From positions 170,321 through 234,320 of IMG/VR virus record IMGVR_UViG_3300020156_000001: a stretch of DNA of 64,000 nt; one strand, given 5' to 3'. Of this stretch, positions 46,043 to 55,304 are shown one piece after another. Every line of letters begins with the position of its first letter. Position 1 is the first letter of the stretch. Source of the DNA: a virus. Its lineage: Duplodnaviria > Heunggongvirae > Uroviricota > Caudoviricetes. Below the pieces are notes generated by a model, which was not told the DNA's origin, searched no databases, and saw only the letters and a program-made list of their open reading frames with translations. The translations under genes and the position numbers were made by a program.

Positions 46043-46268
46043 CATTCATCCCAGCAAGTTCCACATTGTGGTGAAAAATCTGTTCGGCGGTATTGCCGTT
46101 TACGATTACACCAACAACGATCAGTTCATGATCTCATGTGTGGACGCTACACCGGAAAATCTTGTACTGGTGGAGAATGTTTACCGTTATGGTGGCCGAC
46201 AAGCTGTTGCTAAGATTGGTTCCATGTGTAGCCTCGAACCCTGGATTGTTTCAAATGGAAAAGCCTGA
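46032..46268 (+). CDS. hypothetical small protein (78 aa)
   Basis: Start overlaps the upstream stop. Confidence 0.4.
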   Translation: MASDIHPSKFHIVVKNLFGGIAVYDYTNNDQFMISCVDATPENLVLVENVYRYGGRQAVAKIGSMCSLEPWIVSNGKA

Positions 46269-46701
46269 ACTCGACACTTGGGTCAAGGTGACCACGGATT
46301 ATACCGATGCAAAGCATGGTCAGCATTGGGTTACCATGCGCCGGTATGAACATATTGGTAAGGTGGTCAAACTGCAGGAGTGGGAAGACTCCGAAGCTTG
46401 CTTTGGCCTTCTCACCAACGATGAAAACATGCGGTTGAAAACAATCAACATGAAGTTCGTCTCCAAGATCGAACAGCTCAAAACCGTAGATATTGCACAA
46501 GTTGACCTCACGCAGACTGTTGCGGAGGAAAAAGAACCCGAACGCAAGTTTGAGATCAAGAGTTCTCGCGGCGATAAGAAGTATACGGTCACCAAGGACA
46601 AGTTTTCATGGACTTGTACATGTGAGGCCGGTCAGCGTGGTCGCCGCTGCAAGCATGTGGCTGAAGCCCAAGCCCTTCTAAAGGCGGAAAAAGTTTCGTG
46701 A
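46255..46701 (+). CDS. hypothetical protein with C-terminal SWIM-like zinc finger (about 148 aa)
   Basis: SWTCTCEAGQRGRRCKHV shows the CxC ... CxH pattern. Confidence 0.45.
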   Translation: MEKPELDTWVKVTTDYTDAKHGQHWVTMRRYEHIGKVVKLQEWEDSEACFGLLTNDENMRLKTINMKFVSKIEQLKTVDIAQVDLTQTVAEEKEPERKFEIKSSRGDKKYTVTKDKFSWTCTCEAGQRGRRCKHVAEAQALLKAEKVS

Positions 46702-47453
46702 CACTTATCGACAACAAACCCGTTTACAACATCTTTCATCCTGCTCATGGTTTCCTGTTTGGGATGACAAAGGATTTCAAACCACAGTGGACCCATAATC
46801 TATCTGTACTGGATATGAGCAAGAAGTTTGCTTCTCAGAAAATACAGAATACCATCGATATGTTCTGGAAGTTTGCTGAGTTTGATCCGATTGCTGGGGA
46901 AACTTTCTTTACGATAAGGTTAGTCCCAGGGGCGGCCGTATATACGGTTGTGGATCTATTCACGCCCGCGCAACGTCTTGGGATAAAGGCGTTTTGCTTC
47001 CTATCTGAGAACTCGTGGTTTGAAAACATGGACATGTTTTACCACCGCGAAACACGAGACCTCTCACTTAGGCAAATTGCGAATCAGGCAGCTAAGAAGT
47101 CGTTTGATTGGTCCGAGGGAATGATTGCAGTTGTAAAGTTGGCGGACATTTGGTCGGAAGTAAGAGACAAAGTTCGTTCCAGAATAGCAACACCGTATAC
47201 TAAAAACGAGCTCCCAGATTATGAAACTATGTTTGTCGAAGCTTTTGAGGAGTATATCGACGAATCAATTCCCGATGGTGTTGAACCCCACTACGTGACT
47301 AGGCGCGCAAATATTCTGCTGTTCAAAAGCCGGCGTGAGCTTATGTTGTTCAAACTGGTGTGTCCATTAGAATTTGTTACTTTGGACATGAAAGCGACCA
47401 AAGCCGAACTTGCTGAATTTATGGCCGAGAATAAAATTGAGGTCATAAAATAA
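46698..47453 (+). CDS. hypothetical protein (251 aa)
   Basis: Intact ORF. Contains RELMLFKLV, faintly reminiscent of the LFKL family motif. Confidence 0.5.
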   Translation: MTLIDNKPVYNIFHPAHGFLFGMTKDFKPQWTHNLSVLDMSKKFASQKIQNTIDMFWKFAEFDPIAGETFFTIRLVPGAAVYTVVDLFTPAQRLGIKAFCFLSENSWFENMDMFYHRETRDLSLRQIANQAAKKSFDWSEGMIAVVKLADIWSEVRDKVRSRIATPYTKNELPDYETMFVEAFEEYIDESIPDGVEPHYVTRRANILLFKSRRELMLFKLVCPLEFVTLDMKATKAELAEFMAENKIEVIK

Positions 47454-47474
47454 GGGGGCCGAAACCCCCTTAGA

Positions 47475-48152
47475 TTACTTCTGTAGCTTTAGAAACGCTT
47501 CAAGCCGCATTAGCCAAAGTTCCTTGGCCTTATCAAGCTCTTCACCTTCCCAAACGTATTCGGCAAACTCTAGGTCACGACTACACATGAAGATTACAAC
47601 ACGTTCAATGTTAGTTCCATGTAGCTCATCATGCGCAAGTGCATAAGCCGCACCTTGTAGGGAATAGTCGGTAATAGTGGAACGCTTTTTCATCTTGCGG
47701 CAGGTCTTGTAGTCCATGATTGCCTGCTTGCCCTGATGTATACCAATCAAGTCGGATGTACCAGCGTAACGCTTTGGCGAATACAGGATTTCTTCCATAC
47801 CCCAAACTTCGTCCACGTTGATCAAACCCTTTTCGATGACTTGATCTGCCATGTTCTTGGCAAGTACACGCACGATGTTATTACCACCTGGACGCTCTTC
47901 GCCCATTACGTAGTTTTCCAAGTGGGTGTGCATGAGAGAACCAAGACCAGTGGCTTCAACACGAATGCGTTCGGCCTCTTGTAGACCCACGCGCTTTTGC
48001 CAAGCTTCAAGTTCTGGGCTATAGGAAGTTGCACTAAGGATTGTTGTCACAGAGCTCAAATGGTCATTCTGTGGGCTAACATAATAGCGAGAACCGTTTT
48101 CGTGTGTAACACGCTCAAGCTTCTCGTATTCATAAAGTCTTTTGATTTCCAT
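47475..48152 (-). CDS. PD-(D/E)xK superfamily nuclease (RecB/Cas4-like phage exonuclease)
   Basis: GTSDLIGIHQGKQAIMDYKT fits the D ... (D/E)xK core. About 225 aa. Confidence 0.55.
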   Translation of the reverse strand: MEIKRLYEYEKLERVTHENGSRYYVSPQNDHLSSVTTILSATSYSPELEAWQKRVGLQEAERIRVEATGLGSLMHTHLENYVMGEERPGGNNIVRVLAKNMADQVIEKGLINVDEVWGMEEILYSPKRYAGTSDLIGIHQGKQAIMDYKTCRKMKKRSTITDYSLQGAAYALAHDELHGTNIERVVIFMCSRDLEFAEYVWEGEELDKAKELWLMRLEAFLKLQK

Positions 48153-48199
48153 ATCTTCTTCTTATTATTGTGGAAGTAATTCCTATTCTTACATGGAAA

Positions 48200-48230
48200 C
48201 AGGAACAATTGCAAATAACAATTGTTCCTG
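48200..48230 (-). terminator. 12-bp perfect hairpin (CAGGAACAATTG-CAAATAA-CAATTGTTCCTG) between minus-strand genes
   Basis: Inverted repeat with an ATAGGAA box adjacent on the minus strand. Confidence 0.4.
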
Positions 48231-48236
48231 AATATG

Positions 48237-50051
48237 TTAGCGGCAAGCCTTTGTAAATGCCACGCCCTTATCCGGGCAATTTAGATTCCAATTTGCCTCA
48301 GTGGATTCCATGAGAGATTCGAACATTTGGCGAGTGATTCGGTTTTCCTTCCACTGGCGCTGACTGATAGCGGTGCGGAAAGAATCAAGATCCAAGCCAG
48401 TTGTCGCACTTACATGCTCACGTAGGGCACGGGTATCACCACGAACAGCACGTTCAGCAACCTTTTCCAGTACCACGTTTGTAGCGACATTAGGATACAT
48501 CAACAGCGTGTTTGCAAAGCGACGTAGTGCCGAGTCCATATCAACATCTGAAACCGACTCCATGATAGCTCTCTGCTTCTTTACCGCAGCGTTGATCATA
48601 AACTTGCGTAGTGCGGTGTTGTGAGCTTCAGTAAGCGCGACAACCTGAGACTTTACCGAGTGAACCAGTGGAGTACCCTTGGATTCCATCACGGCGCTTT
48701 TTACGCCTGCAAGCTTGAGCATTGTGTCAACGGATTCACGATAAGGATTACGATCGCCATACTGACCTGGATTATCAGCGTCCATGTCATCCCAAAGAGT
48801 CGCAGCATAATCGTAAGGAGTTTCGTAACCTGTAAGTGCCTTGAACTGCTTACGGAAGTGAGATTCGTACTTGCGCTGGTATTCCCAGCTATCAATGCCC
48901 ATATCACGAAGACCATCGATAACTGCGTCTGTTGGGTCACCATCTGGGAAAAAGTCGCCGATACGGTTCATAACGTATTGAGCCAGCTCGTGCATCTTAC
49001 CCTGAGGTGAGTTCAGTTGGCGCTTGCGTGCGGCTTCGGCATTTTTTGCAGCCTTGGCATCTGCCGCAGCTTTTTGTTCCTTTGCCTTAAGGTCGGCATC
49101 ATTCTGCTTGATACCATCGCGATGAGCAGCGTATTGGGTAATGCGCATCTTAACAGCGTTTTCAAATGCCTTGATAAGCTGCTCAGTATCCAAGCCATAA
49201 TCGCCAGCGATAATGTCAGCCACTGCATAGGCATCACCATCATCCGCACGTAGCTCGGACTTCAAGTCGTCGATAGCATCGGTTAGGTTGGATTCAGTAA
49301 CTACGCCAAAATCCTCTGGGAGCATTTCGTGTAGGTCACCAAGGTGAGCATGATCTTCCAGCGTTTCATCAATAAGCTTGATAAAGCCAGCTAGATCCTG
49401 TTCGGATTCAAAAATAACATCGGTGTTGGATTTCAACACCTTAAGACCTGCGGAGTGCGCAAGATCAAAAGCGGATTCGGCAACAATGTTGCTCTTATAA
49501 GAGATATGCAGACCCATATCCACACCTTCCTTTACGATTTGGCTAACTTGAATTGGGCTTTTAATTCCCTTTGGGAGCAATCCCTTTTCCACAAATTTGT
49601 CAAACATCTTTTGGCTTGCAAGCATTGCCTTACTATTGGAGGCTTGATACGCAACAACCTTAAAGTGTTCGATTTGAAATTCTGACATTCCGCCGAACAT
49701 TTTCTCCGGCTTAAATGCTTCACGCTTAAACGCTCTAATTGCTTCATCAGCACTGGAATAGCCAAGCATAACTTTGTCTTCGTCGTACTTGGAACCATCC
49801 GGTGTTAGCTGATGCACAACATAAACGGCTTTGCCTGACTTTGGATTCTTTTTAACCCAAACATCCAAGTGTTCGCCGTCGGGACTATTTGTGCCCAGGA
49901 TATAGCCATAGCTGGAATAGACTTTGTTCTCCCAACGTTCACCCTTTGCGTTTGTTCCGCTACGGGTGCCGCCGGCAGCAACTTCGATGGAGATTTCAAG
50001 ACCATCAAGCTGAATGCGATCTACAATGCCACGACCTTCTTGGATTATCAT
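48237..50051 (-). CDS. 604-aa protein with N-terminal inorganic-pyrophosphatase-like domain
   Basis: YSSYGYILGTNSPDGEHLDVWV resembles the family-I PPase core [20 protein letters not shown]. The remaining 430 aa is unassigned. Confidence 0.45.
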   Translation of the reverse strand: MIIQEGRGIVDRIQLDGLEISIEVAAGGTRSGTNAKGERWENKVYSSYGYILGTNSPDGEHLDVWVKKNPKSGKAVYVVHQLTPDGSKYDEDKVMLGYSSADEAIRAFKREAFKPEKMFGGMSEFQIEHFKVVAYQASNSKAMLASQKMFDKFVEKGLLPKGIKSPIQVSQIVKEGVDMGLHISYKSNIVAESAFDLAHSAGLKVLKSNTDVIFESEQDLAGFIKLIDETLEDHAHLGDLHEMLPEDFGVVTESNLTDAIDDLKSELRADDGDAYAVADIIAGDYGLDTEQLIKAFENAVKMRITQYAAHRDGIKQNDADLKAKEQKAAADAKAAKNAEAARKRQLNSPQGKMHELAQYVMNRIGDFFPDGDPTDAVIDGLRDMGIDSWEYQRKYESHFRKQFKALTGYETPYDYAATLWDDMDADNPGQYGDRNPYRESVDTMLKLAGVKSAVMESKGTPLVHSVKSQVVALTEAHNTALRKFMINAAVKKQRAIMESVSDVDMDSALRRFANTLLMYPNVATNVVLEKVAERAVRGDTRALREHVSATTGLDLDSFRTAISQRQWKENRITRQMFESLMESTEANWNLNCPDKGVAFTKACR

Positions 50052-50446
50052 TTCATCTTGTCCTTGACCGCTTTTACCGCGCTCTTGTTGATCTTCTCTT
50101 TTTCCTTCTCGCGAGTGTCAGCGTCAACTTGACGATCGCCAACGGGAAAATCAAAATAGATGGTCATCAAGCCTTCATTCTCAGGATCAGCCTGTACCTT
50201 ATTAACAACTTTGGTTTTACCCAAAACGTCTACGAGATAAGCTTGATCAAAGTCGATGCCTTGAAGCGCGGGATTGCTGCGAAGTGTGTCCATAAACTGT
50301 TGAACTGTGATCTTCTCCACCTTTTGCGCCTTGAGGGGAATCAAAACGCTGCGGATCACTTCATCGATTCCATTACCAGTTCCAGACTCGATGATAAAAG
50401 TGGAGCGCAAAGCCCCACTTTCATTGAGTATCTCTTGGAGCCTCAT
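50048..50446 (-). CDS. hypothetical protein (132 aa)
   Basis: Internal ATG at 50446 chosen. The longer ORF's N-terminus overlaps the upstream gene in another frame. Confidence 0.45.
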   Translation of the reverse strand: MRLQEILNESGALRSTFIIESGTGNGIDEVIRSVLIPLKAQKVEKITVQQFMDTLRSNPALQGIDFDQAYLVDVLGKTKVVNKVQADPENEGLMTIYFDFPVGDRQVDADTREKEKEKINKSAVKAVKDKMK

Positions 50447-50450
50447 CCGA

Positions 50451-52190
50451 TTAGTCCTTCTTTTCTTCAGAACCTTCGGACTTGTCTTCTGCCTTTGGAG
50501 CTTCCTGCTTTGGTGCAGCTTCCTTCTTAGGAGCTTCTTCCTTCTGCATTGGGCTCTTGGTGTCTGCCTTTGGAGCATCGGCTGCCTTAGGAGTATCCTT
50601 TACCTGGGAAGAATCGCTCTTTGTCTTGTTTGGAGAAAGCTTGTTATAGTCAGTTGAGAACGCATCGCCCTTGTACTGACCCATGCTGTTTACTGGCCAG
50701 TTAGCAGCGTTGATGTTCTCTTCGAGTTCATCCTTTGCCGCAGCAACTAGATCATCAACCTTCTTAACTTCAGAGCCCTTGGACTTTGCGTTGTTGATAA
50801 CTTTCTGTGCGGTCTGACGCTCCTTGGAGTCCATCTTGCTCATAGCCTGTTGAACACCCTTGTTGCCAAGGTTCTTGTCTGTGGCCATTTCACCAGCAAG
50901 CTTTGTCATTGTTGCCGCAGTATTCTTCTTGTCCTGCGGATTCATTGGAGCAGCTTCACGAACTGCACGAGCCTTCTTTACCGAGTAAGCTTGTGGGCTC
51001 ATACCAAATTCAGCTTCAAAAGCCTCAGCGATGGATTCAGCCGATGCACCTTCAACCATTGGGAACATGCTCTGTGCTTCAGCAATTGCCTTTGCAGCAA
51101 AACCCTTACCAGTTTGGATAATGTTGCGCTCGATGATCAAACGTACGGCTTCTTCAATGCTACGCTTTGCCTTAGCAGCGCCGCGCTTATTCTTATCAGC
51201 CTTCTTCTTGTCTTCTACATCGTCCTCGTCTTCGTCACGCTTGAAGGACTTTCCCTCTTCGATTTCGCGCTTGCCCTTGGCAGCATCACGCTTGGACTTA
51301 TCGGCCTTTTTCTTGCCTTCATTGTCTTCATCGTCGTTACGCTTGTAGGACTTGCCTTCGTCTAGGATGTCATCATCCATGCCCGAGAGTGGGGAAGAAA
51401 GCTGGGCACCAAGACCCTTACCATACTTGCGCTTGCCAATCCAACCAGCTAGACGTTCAGAATCCTGTGCGCCCTTCATTGCGATCTGACCCGCAAACTT
51501 TGGGAACTGATCCGCTGGCATAGTAGCGGCAACATCTTCCATTAGCCAGTTAACGAGAGAATCCAAAGATTCCTTCATAAGAAGCTTCTGACCAATAGCC
51601 TTATAGGATTCCTTCATACCACGGCCAAGTGGATCTTCGGATGGGCCAGCAGCGGCATCGGAGCCACCAAATACATCGCCCATTTCCTCGCCGTTACCAT
51701 CAACGCCAAGATCAAGATCGCCACCAGTGTCACCACCTAGGTCGCCGCCCATGTCACCCATGTCGGAACCAAGATCAGCGGTACCTTCTGGATTGCCACC
51801 TTCAACGCGGCCGATAGAATCGCTGATTGTGTCCTTTGCAGCGCGAACCGCAACTAGACCATCGGCGATAGCATTGGTAACAGCGTTTTCAAAATCCTGA
51901 GCAGCTTCCGGACCAAGTGTTTCCTTCATGGAATCGCCTAGTGGAATGCTTTCCGCTTGCATCTTAGCAAGATCTTCAGCCATCTTCTGGAGCTTCGAAA
52001 CGAAGTCCTTAGCAGCAAGAATAACTTCAGCCTGTTCGAGTTCAGCTTCAAGCAGAACACCGATGTTTGTTGCACGAAGGGACTCTTCTAGTTTCTTAGC
52101 CTTAGCAAGCTTTGCCTGCGTAGCCTTGACAGACTCGGTGAGAGCCTTCAACTTTTCAATTTTAACCTTGTTATTCATTATTCGCTCCAA
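50451..52190 (-). CDS. acidic coiled-coil / low-complexity protein (579 aa), scaffold-like
   Basis: N-terminal coiled coil. DLGSDMGDMGGDLGGDTGGDLDLG acidic G-rich tract. Internal tandem repeat KSxKRxDDEDxxxKKKADKxKRxAAKxKRxIEE x2. C-terminal KEAP-rich tail. Confidence 0.55.
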   Translation of the reverse strand: MERIMNNKVKIEKLKALTESVKATQAKLAKAKKLEESLRATNIGVLLEAELEQAEVILAAKDFVSKLQKMAEDLAKMQAESIPLGDSMKETLGPEAAQDFENAVTNAIADGLVAVRAAKDTISDSIGRVEGGNPEGTADLGSDMGDMGGDLGGDTGGDLDLGVDGNGEEMGDVFGGSDAAAGPSEDPLGRGMKESYKAIGQKLLMKESLDSLVNWLMEDVAATMPADQFPKFAGQIAMKGAQDSERLAGWIGKRKYGKGLGAQLSSPLSGMDDDILDEGKSYKRNDDEDNEGKKKADKSKRDAAKGKREIEEGKSFKRDEDEDDVEDKKKADKNKRGAAKAKRSIEEAVRLIIERNIIQTGKGFAAKAIAEAQSMFPMVEGASAESIAEAFEAEFGMSPQAYSVKKARAVREAAPMNPQDKKNTAATMTKLAGEMATDKNLGNKGVQQAMSKMDSKERQTAQKVINNAKSKGSEVKKVDDLVAAAKDELEENINAANWPVNSMGQYKGDAFSTDYNKLSPNKTKSDSSQVKDTPKAADAPKADTKSPMQKEEAPKKEAAPKQEAPKAEDKSEGSEEKKD

Positions 52191-52488
52191 AAGCTGGTTT
52201 ATTTTTCATGCGACGGTTGAGTCGCTTAGGAGCAACCTCGCTTAGAAAGATGTGGATGGCCTCTTGAATCAGACCGGCTTCCACATACTTATCATTACTG
52301 TGATAGGTGTTGTGGTTAGCAGATTCAACAATGCTATAGCGTGTTGCTGCGCACGACTCGTAAACACCCATAAGTGAATCAAAATCAGCCGCTGCAAAGT
52401 CCAAATAGACGCCATGGTTGGCGCCTAGTGTTTCCATGATCTTGGCCAATTTAAAATGGGCGCTTGTGTTGAGATCGTTGACAATCAT
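52171..52488 (-). CDS. hypothetical protein (105 aa)
   Basis: Intact ORF. Confidence 0.4.
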   Translation of the reverse strand: MIVNDLNTSAHFKLAKIMETLGANHGVYLDFAAADFDSLMGVYESCAATRYSIVESANHNTYHSNDKYVEAGLIQEAIHIFLSEVAPKRLNRRMKNKPAFGANNE

Positions 52489-52582
52489 TTCATACCTTCC
52501 AGTTACGGGAAGTTGCTTAATTTATAACTATTTATTCTGACGTGGATCTCTTAGCGTCTGGAAAGCCAACCAAACGTCCGTG

Positions 52583-53278
52583 TTAACGGATATTCTCGAG
52601 AATTGTGCGAATAGAGTCGTTTGCTACAATAGCCTGAGCGCGTGCTTTGTGATAACGTGCTTCAAACACTTCACCTGCGGCCATTTCCTTTAGCTCAACG
52701 CAACGCTGATAACGCTTCTTGAAAATCACTGCATCTTGACGATTGCGACGATAAATCTCTTCCAGATCCGCAATCTCAGTGATCTTTGGATGAGTTGTAA
52801 CCAAGCCCTTATTCAAGTAGCGAACGATAGCATGAGCAGCTTCAAACACAACGAGATCCTGAAACAGAACTTCCTTTGTGCCTGGGTGCATAACATCATA
52901 CATCTTACGTTCGGCACCGAGAGTCTCAGTTAGCTTTACACGAACTTCCCAAGCACCAATAATTGCGCCTTCATCCGTGCGCTTGGTTTGGATAGCTTCG
53001 AGCAAACGAGGATCGTACTTTTTGGCTTCTTCAACAGTTTCGTAAAGTGCATCACCGGCTGCCGCGTTAAAGCTTTCCAAGATAGCCTTCATAGCGTCTT
53101 TATCCGACGACACCACTTGCGGACTAGCTGTTGGTGCAGCGCGAGTTGGGGCAGCTTGTGGTTGTGGGGCTGGAGTGGAATCTTCCACACCATTCATCAT
53201 ATTGATCAACTTCTGCATCTCGCTAATATCCTGCGAGGATGGTCCAATTGGATTAAAGTTGCTCATTAGTCTCTCCAA
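52583..53278 (-). CDS. hypothetical protein (231 aa)
   Basis: Intact ORF. Confidence 0.5.
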   Translation of the reverse strand: MERLMSNFNPIGPSSQDISEMQKLINMMNGVEDSTPAPQPQAAPTRAAPTASPQVVSSDKDAMKAILESFNAAAGDALYETVEEAKKYDPRLLEAIQTKRTDEGAIIGAWEVRVKLTETLGAERKMYDVMHPGTKEVLFQDLVVFEAAHAIVRYLNKGLVTTHPKITEIADLEEIYRRNRQDAVIFKKRYQRCVELKEMAAGEVFEARYHKARAQAIVANDSIRTILENIR

Positions 53279-53499
53279 ATATCTTCTAGCTTGTTCACCT
53301 TATAGGCGATGGTATCATCTTCGTTCTCGATCAATTCAAATATGCCACGGCTGCAAAGGGTTCTAGCCAGCTCAGCATCACGCTCGTGTTCGAAATCGGA
53401 TTCCGACACAATGCCGCGCTTACCAACGCTCTCAACCAGAGTATGCTCTTCAATAGAAAGCGGGACCTTGATCCCGCCTTTGATTTCGTGATATCTCAT
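53266..53499 (-). CDS. hypothetical small protein (77 aa)
   Basis: Intact ORF. Confidence 0.4.
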   Translation of the reverse strand: MRYHEIKGGIKVPLSIEEHTLVESVGKRGIVSESDFEHERDAELARTLCSRGIFELIENEDDTIAYKVNKLEDIWRD

Positions 53500-53500
53500 T

Positions 53501-54970
53501 TTACTTCTTCAAACGACGTGCTTCACCGAGATAGTCGCGACCCATGGAACGGATCTGCGAGCTCAAAGCATCAAGCTTTGCAAGCAAGCTACGGTATTCC
53601 GAAAGCTTTACATCGCCAAGGGAGTTTTGAATGTTGTTGAGGTGATCCTGGATTTCAGTGTAGGCCTGAGAATCCGTTGGCATCATACCGGGAACGTTCG
53701 CACCCACTCCGAGTCCAGGAATATCGCCAGGAACACCACCCATATCGCCAGGTTCGCCAGCAGCAAAATCACTATCCATATCAACTGGATCACTTCCAAG
53801 ACCGCCGAGGTCACTACCGCCGAGTGAGTGTGGGTCCGCCGATAGTTCTCCCGTTTCAAGTCCAGTGTCAAGATCATCTGCACCAAGAGGTGCATTATCA
53901 ATCCCACCGAGAGAATCATCAGCAAGATCCGATCCGAGATCAGCACCCATTGGATCAAGCTCTGCATCGTCAAAATCATCTGCGACGTCCATGTCCATGT
54001 TTGGATCTACAGTAGCAGAAAAATCATCCTCTGCAAGTTCAGGCTTTGCCACGGACTTAACACCTGCAAGTTCCTTTAGGCGGTATAGTGGATCGACCTT
54101 TGTCATGCCGAGAACTCCTTCATCAATGCGAGATACTTCACTCTCACGAACCATGCGAACCTTACCATCGATAAGGAGACCAACAGTTCCGTTTGGACCC
54201 GTTGGGATTTGAACTTGGCAATCAGCGCCTTCAAACTGAACAGTTTCACCATGTGAGAAAACAGATTCAGTTACCGACTCGTACTGTTGACCCTTGTGCT
54301 TTGCGCTACGGTCCCACTTGTCAGTCTTCTTTGTCTTATCCGCGTGAACTGCATTGCCCTTTTTGGCCAAATGCTGAGCATATGGATTGCGCTGCTTTGG
54401 AAGGTCATCCTTAGCCATTTTCTTCTTCTCTTCTACGACTTCATCGGAGTCCATAACAGAAGTCTTGCCCGTCATCTTGCCCATAAAATGGTTCAAGCGG
54501 TAAGCTTTTTCTCTGTCTGCACTTTGCACTAGAAACGTATGTTTGTCATTATTCTGGTAATCGAATTCGTTTTCTTCCAACCAGTCACGAAGTGTTTCTG
54601 CGTCTGTGTCGTTGGCCGCACGTACGAAGTTGGAATAGCCGGACATTTTAGCACCGAGAGATTCCATTTCGCTGATTGGGCGAACAAACTGCATTTGAGA
54701 GGCTTCGTCAAAGTTCTTACCAGCGTGAACGCCTTGGAAGATAGATTCCAAACGAGTGTTGTCCATTTGTGGTACCTTATTAAGTTTGATTCCGTATTTG
54801 GAGAGAATTTGCTGGGCAGTCTTCTTACCCGCAGGACTATCATCGTCCAACGAGTTTACTAGATTCAAATAATCCATGCCATTCATGCGGCTTTGAAGCT
54901 GCTTTGCAGTGTTCTCAGGAACACCCAAAGCAGAGAGAATCTGTTCCACATTCACGGAATCCGATGCCAT
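53501..54970 (-). CDS. 489-aa protein with acidic D/G/L low-complexity region
   Basis: MDMDVADDFDDAELDPMGADLGSDLADDSLGGIDNAPLGADDLDTGLE ... resembles the acidic tract of the 50451..52190 protein. Confidence 0.5.
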   Translation of the reverse strand: MASDSVNVEQILSALGVPENTAKQLQSRMNGMDYLNLVNSLDDDSPAGKKTAQQILSKYGIKLNKVPQMDNTRLESIFQGVHAGKNFDEASQMQFVRPISEMESLGAKMSGYSNFVRAANDTDAETLRDWLEENEFDYQNNDKHTFLVQSADREKAYRLNHFMGKMTGKTSVMDSDEVVEEKKKMAKDDLPKQRNPYAQHLAKKGNAVHADKTKKTDKWDRSAKHKGQQYESVTESVFSHGETVQFEGADCQVQIPTGPNGTVGLLIDGKVRMVRESEVSRIDEGVLGMTKVDPLYRLKELAGVKSVAKPELAEDDFSATVDPNMDMDVADDFDDAELDPMGADLGSDLADDSLGGIDNAPLGADDLDTGLETGELSADPHSLGGSDLGGLGSDPVDMDSDFAAGEPGDMGGVPGDIPGLGVGANVPGMMPTDSQAYTEIQDHLNNIQNSLGDVKLSEYRSLLAKLDALSSQIRSMGRDYLGEARRLKK

Positions 54971-55043
54971 TCACAATACTCCAGTATATTGTTATATTTA
55001 TATGGGGTGCAACTTCTAATAAATATTCAACACGCACTGGTAA

Positions 55044-55304
55044 TTGAATGGAATCACAATGGAAGACATCCTTAAGATGCTCCTTTCGCTCGTCTCAGAG
55101 GGCGGACCCGGAGCAATTATAGCACTTCTGTTAGGTTTCATTGGCATTTTGATTTGGGACAGACAACGCCTAGTGCAGGAAATTGAGAAAAAAGACACTA
55201 AGTTGGAAAAGATTATTGATGACTATTACAAGGGTCACTTGACAATCACAGAAGCTTTGAACGGTCTTAGAATAGTTTTGGCCGAGATTAAGGGGAAGCT
55301 CTAA
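55044..55304 (+). CDS. small membrane protein (86 aa)
   Basis: TM segment GGPGAIIALLLGFIGILIW. Confidence 0.4.
   Translation: MNGITMEDILKMLLSLVSEGGPGAIIALLLGFIGILIWDRQRLVQEIEKKDTKLEKIIDDYYKGHLTITEALNGLRIVLAEIKGKL

Noticed and set aside
48373-49253. Plus-strand ORFs antisense to the 604-aa gene
   Set aside because: Shadow ORFs with no SD and biased composition.
53677-54212. Plus-strand ORFs of 100-115 aa rich in Ser/Arg/Pro/His
   Set aside because: Antisense to the acidic D/G-rich tract of 53501..54970, a typical shadow-frame artefact.
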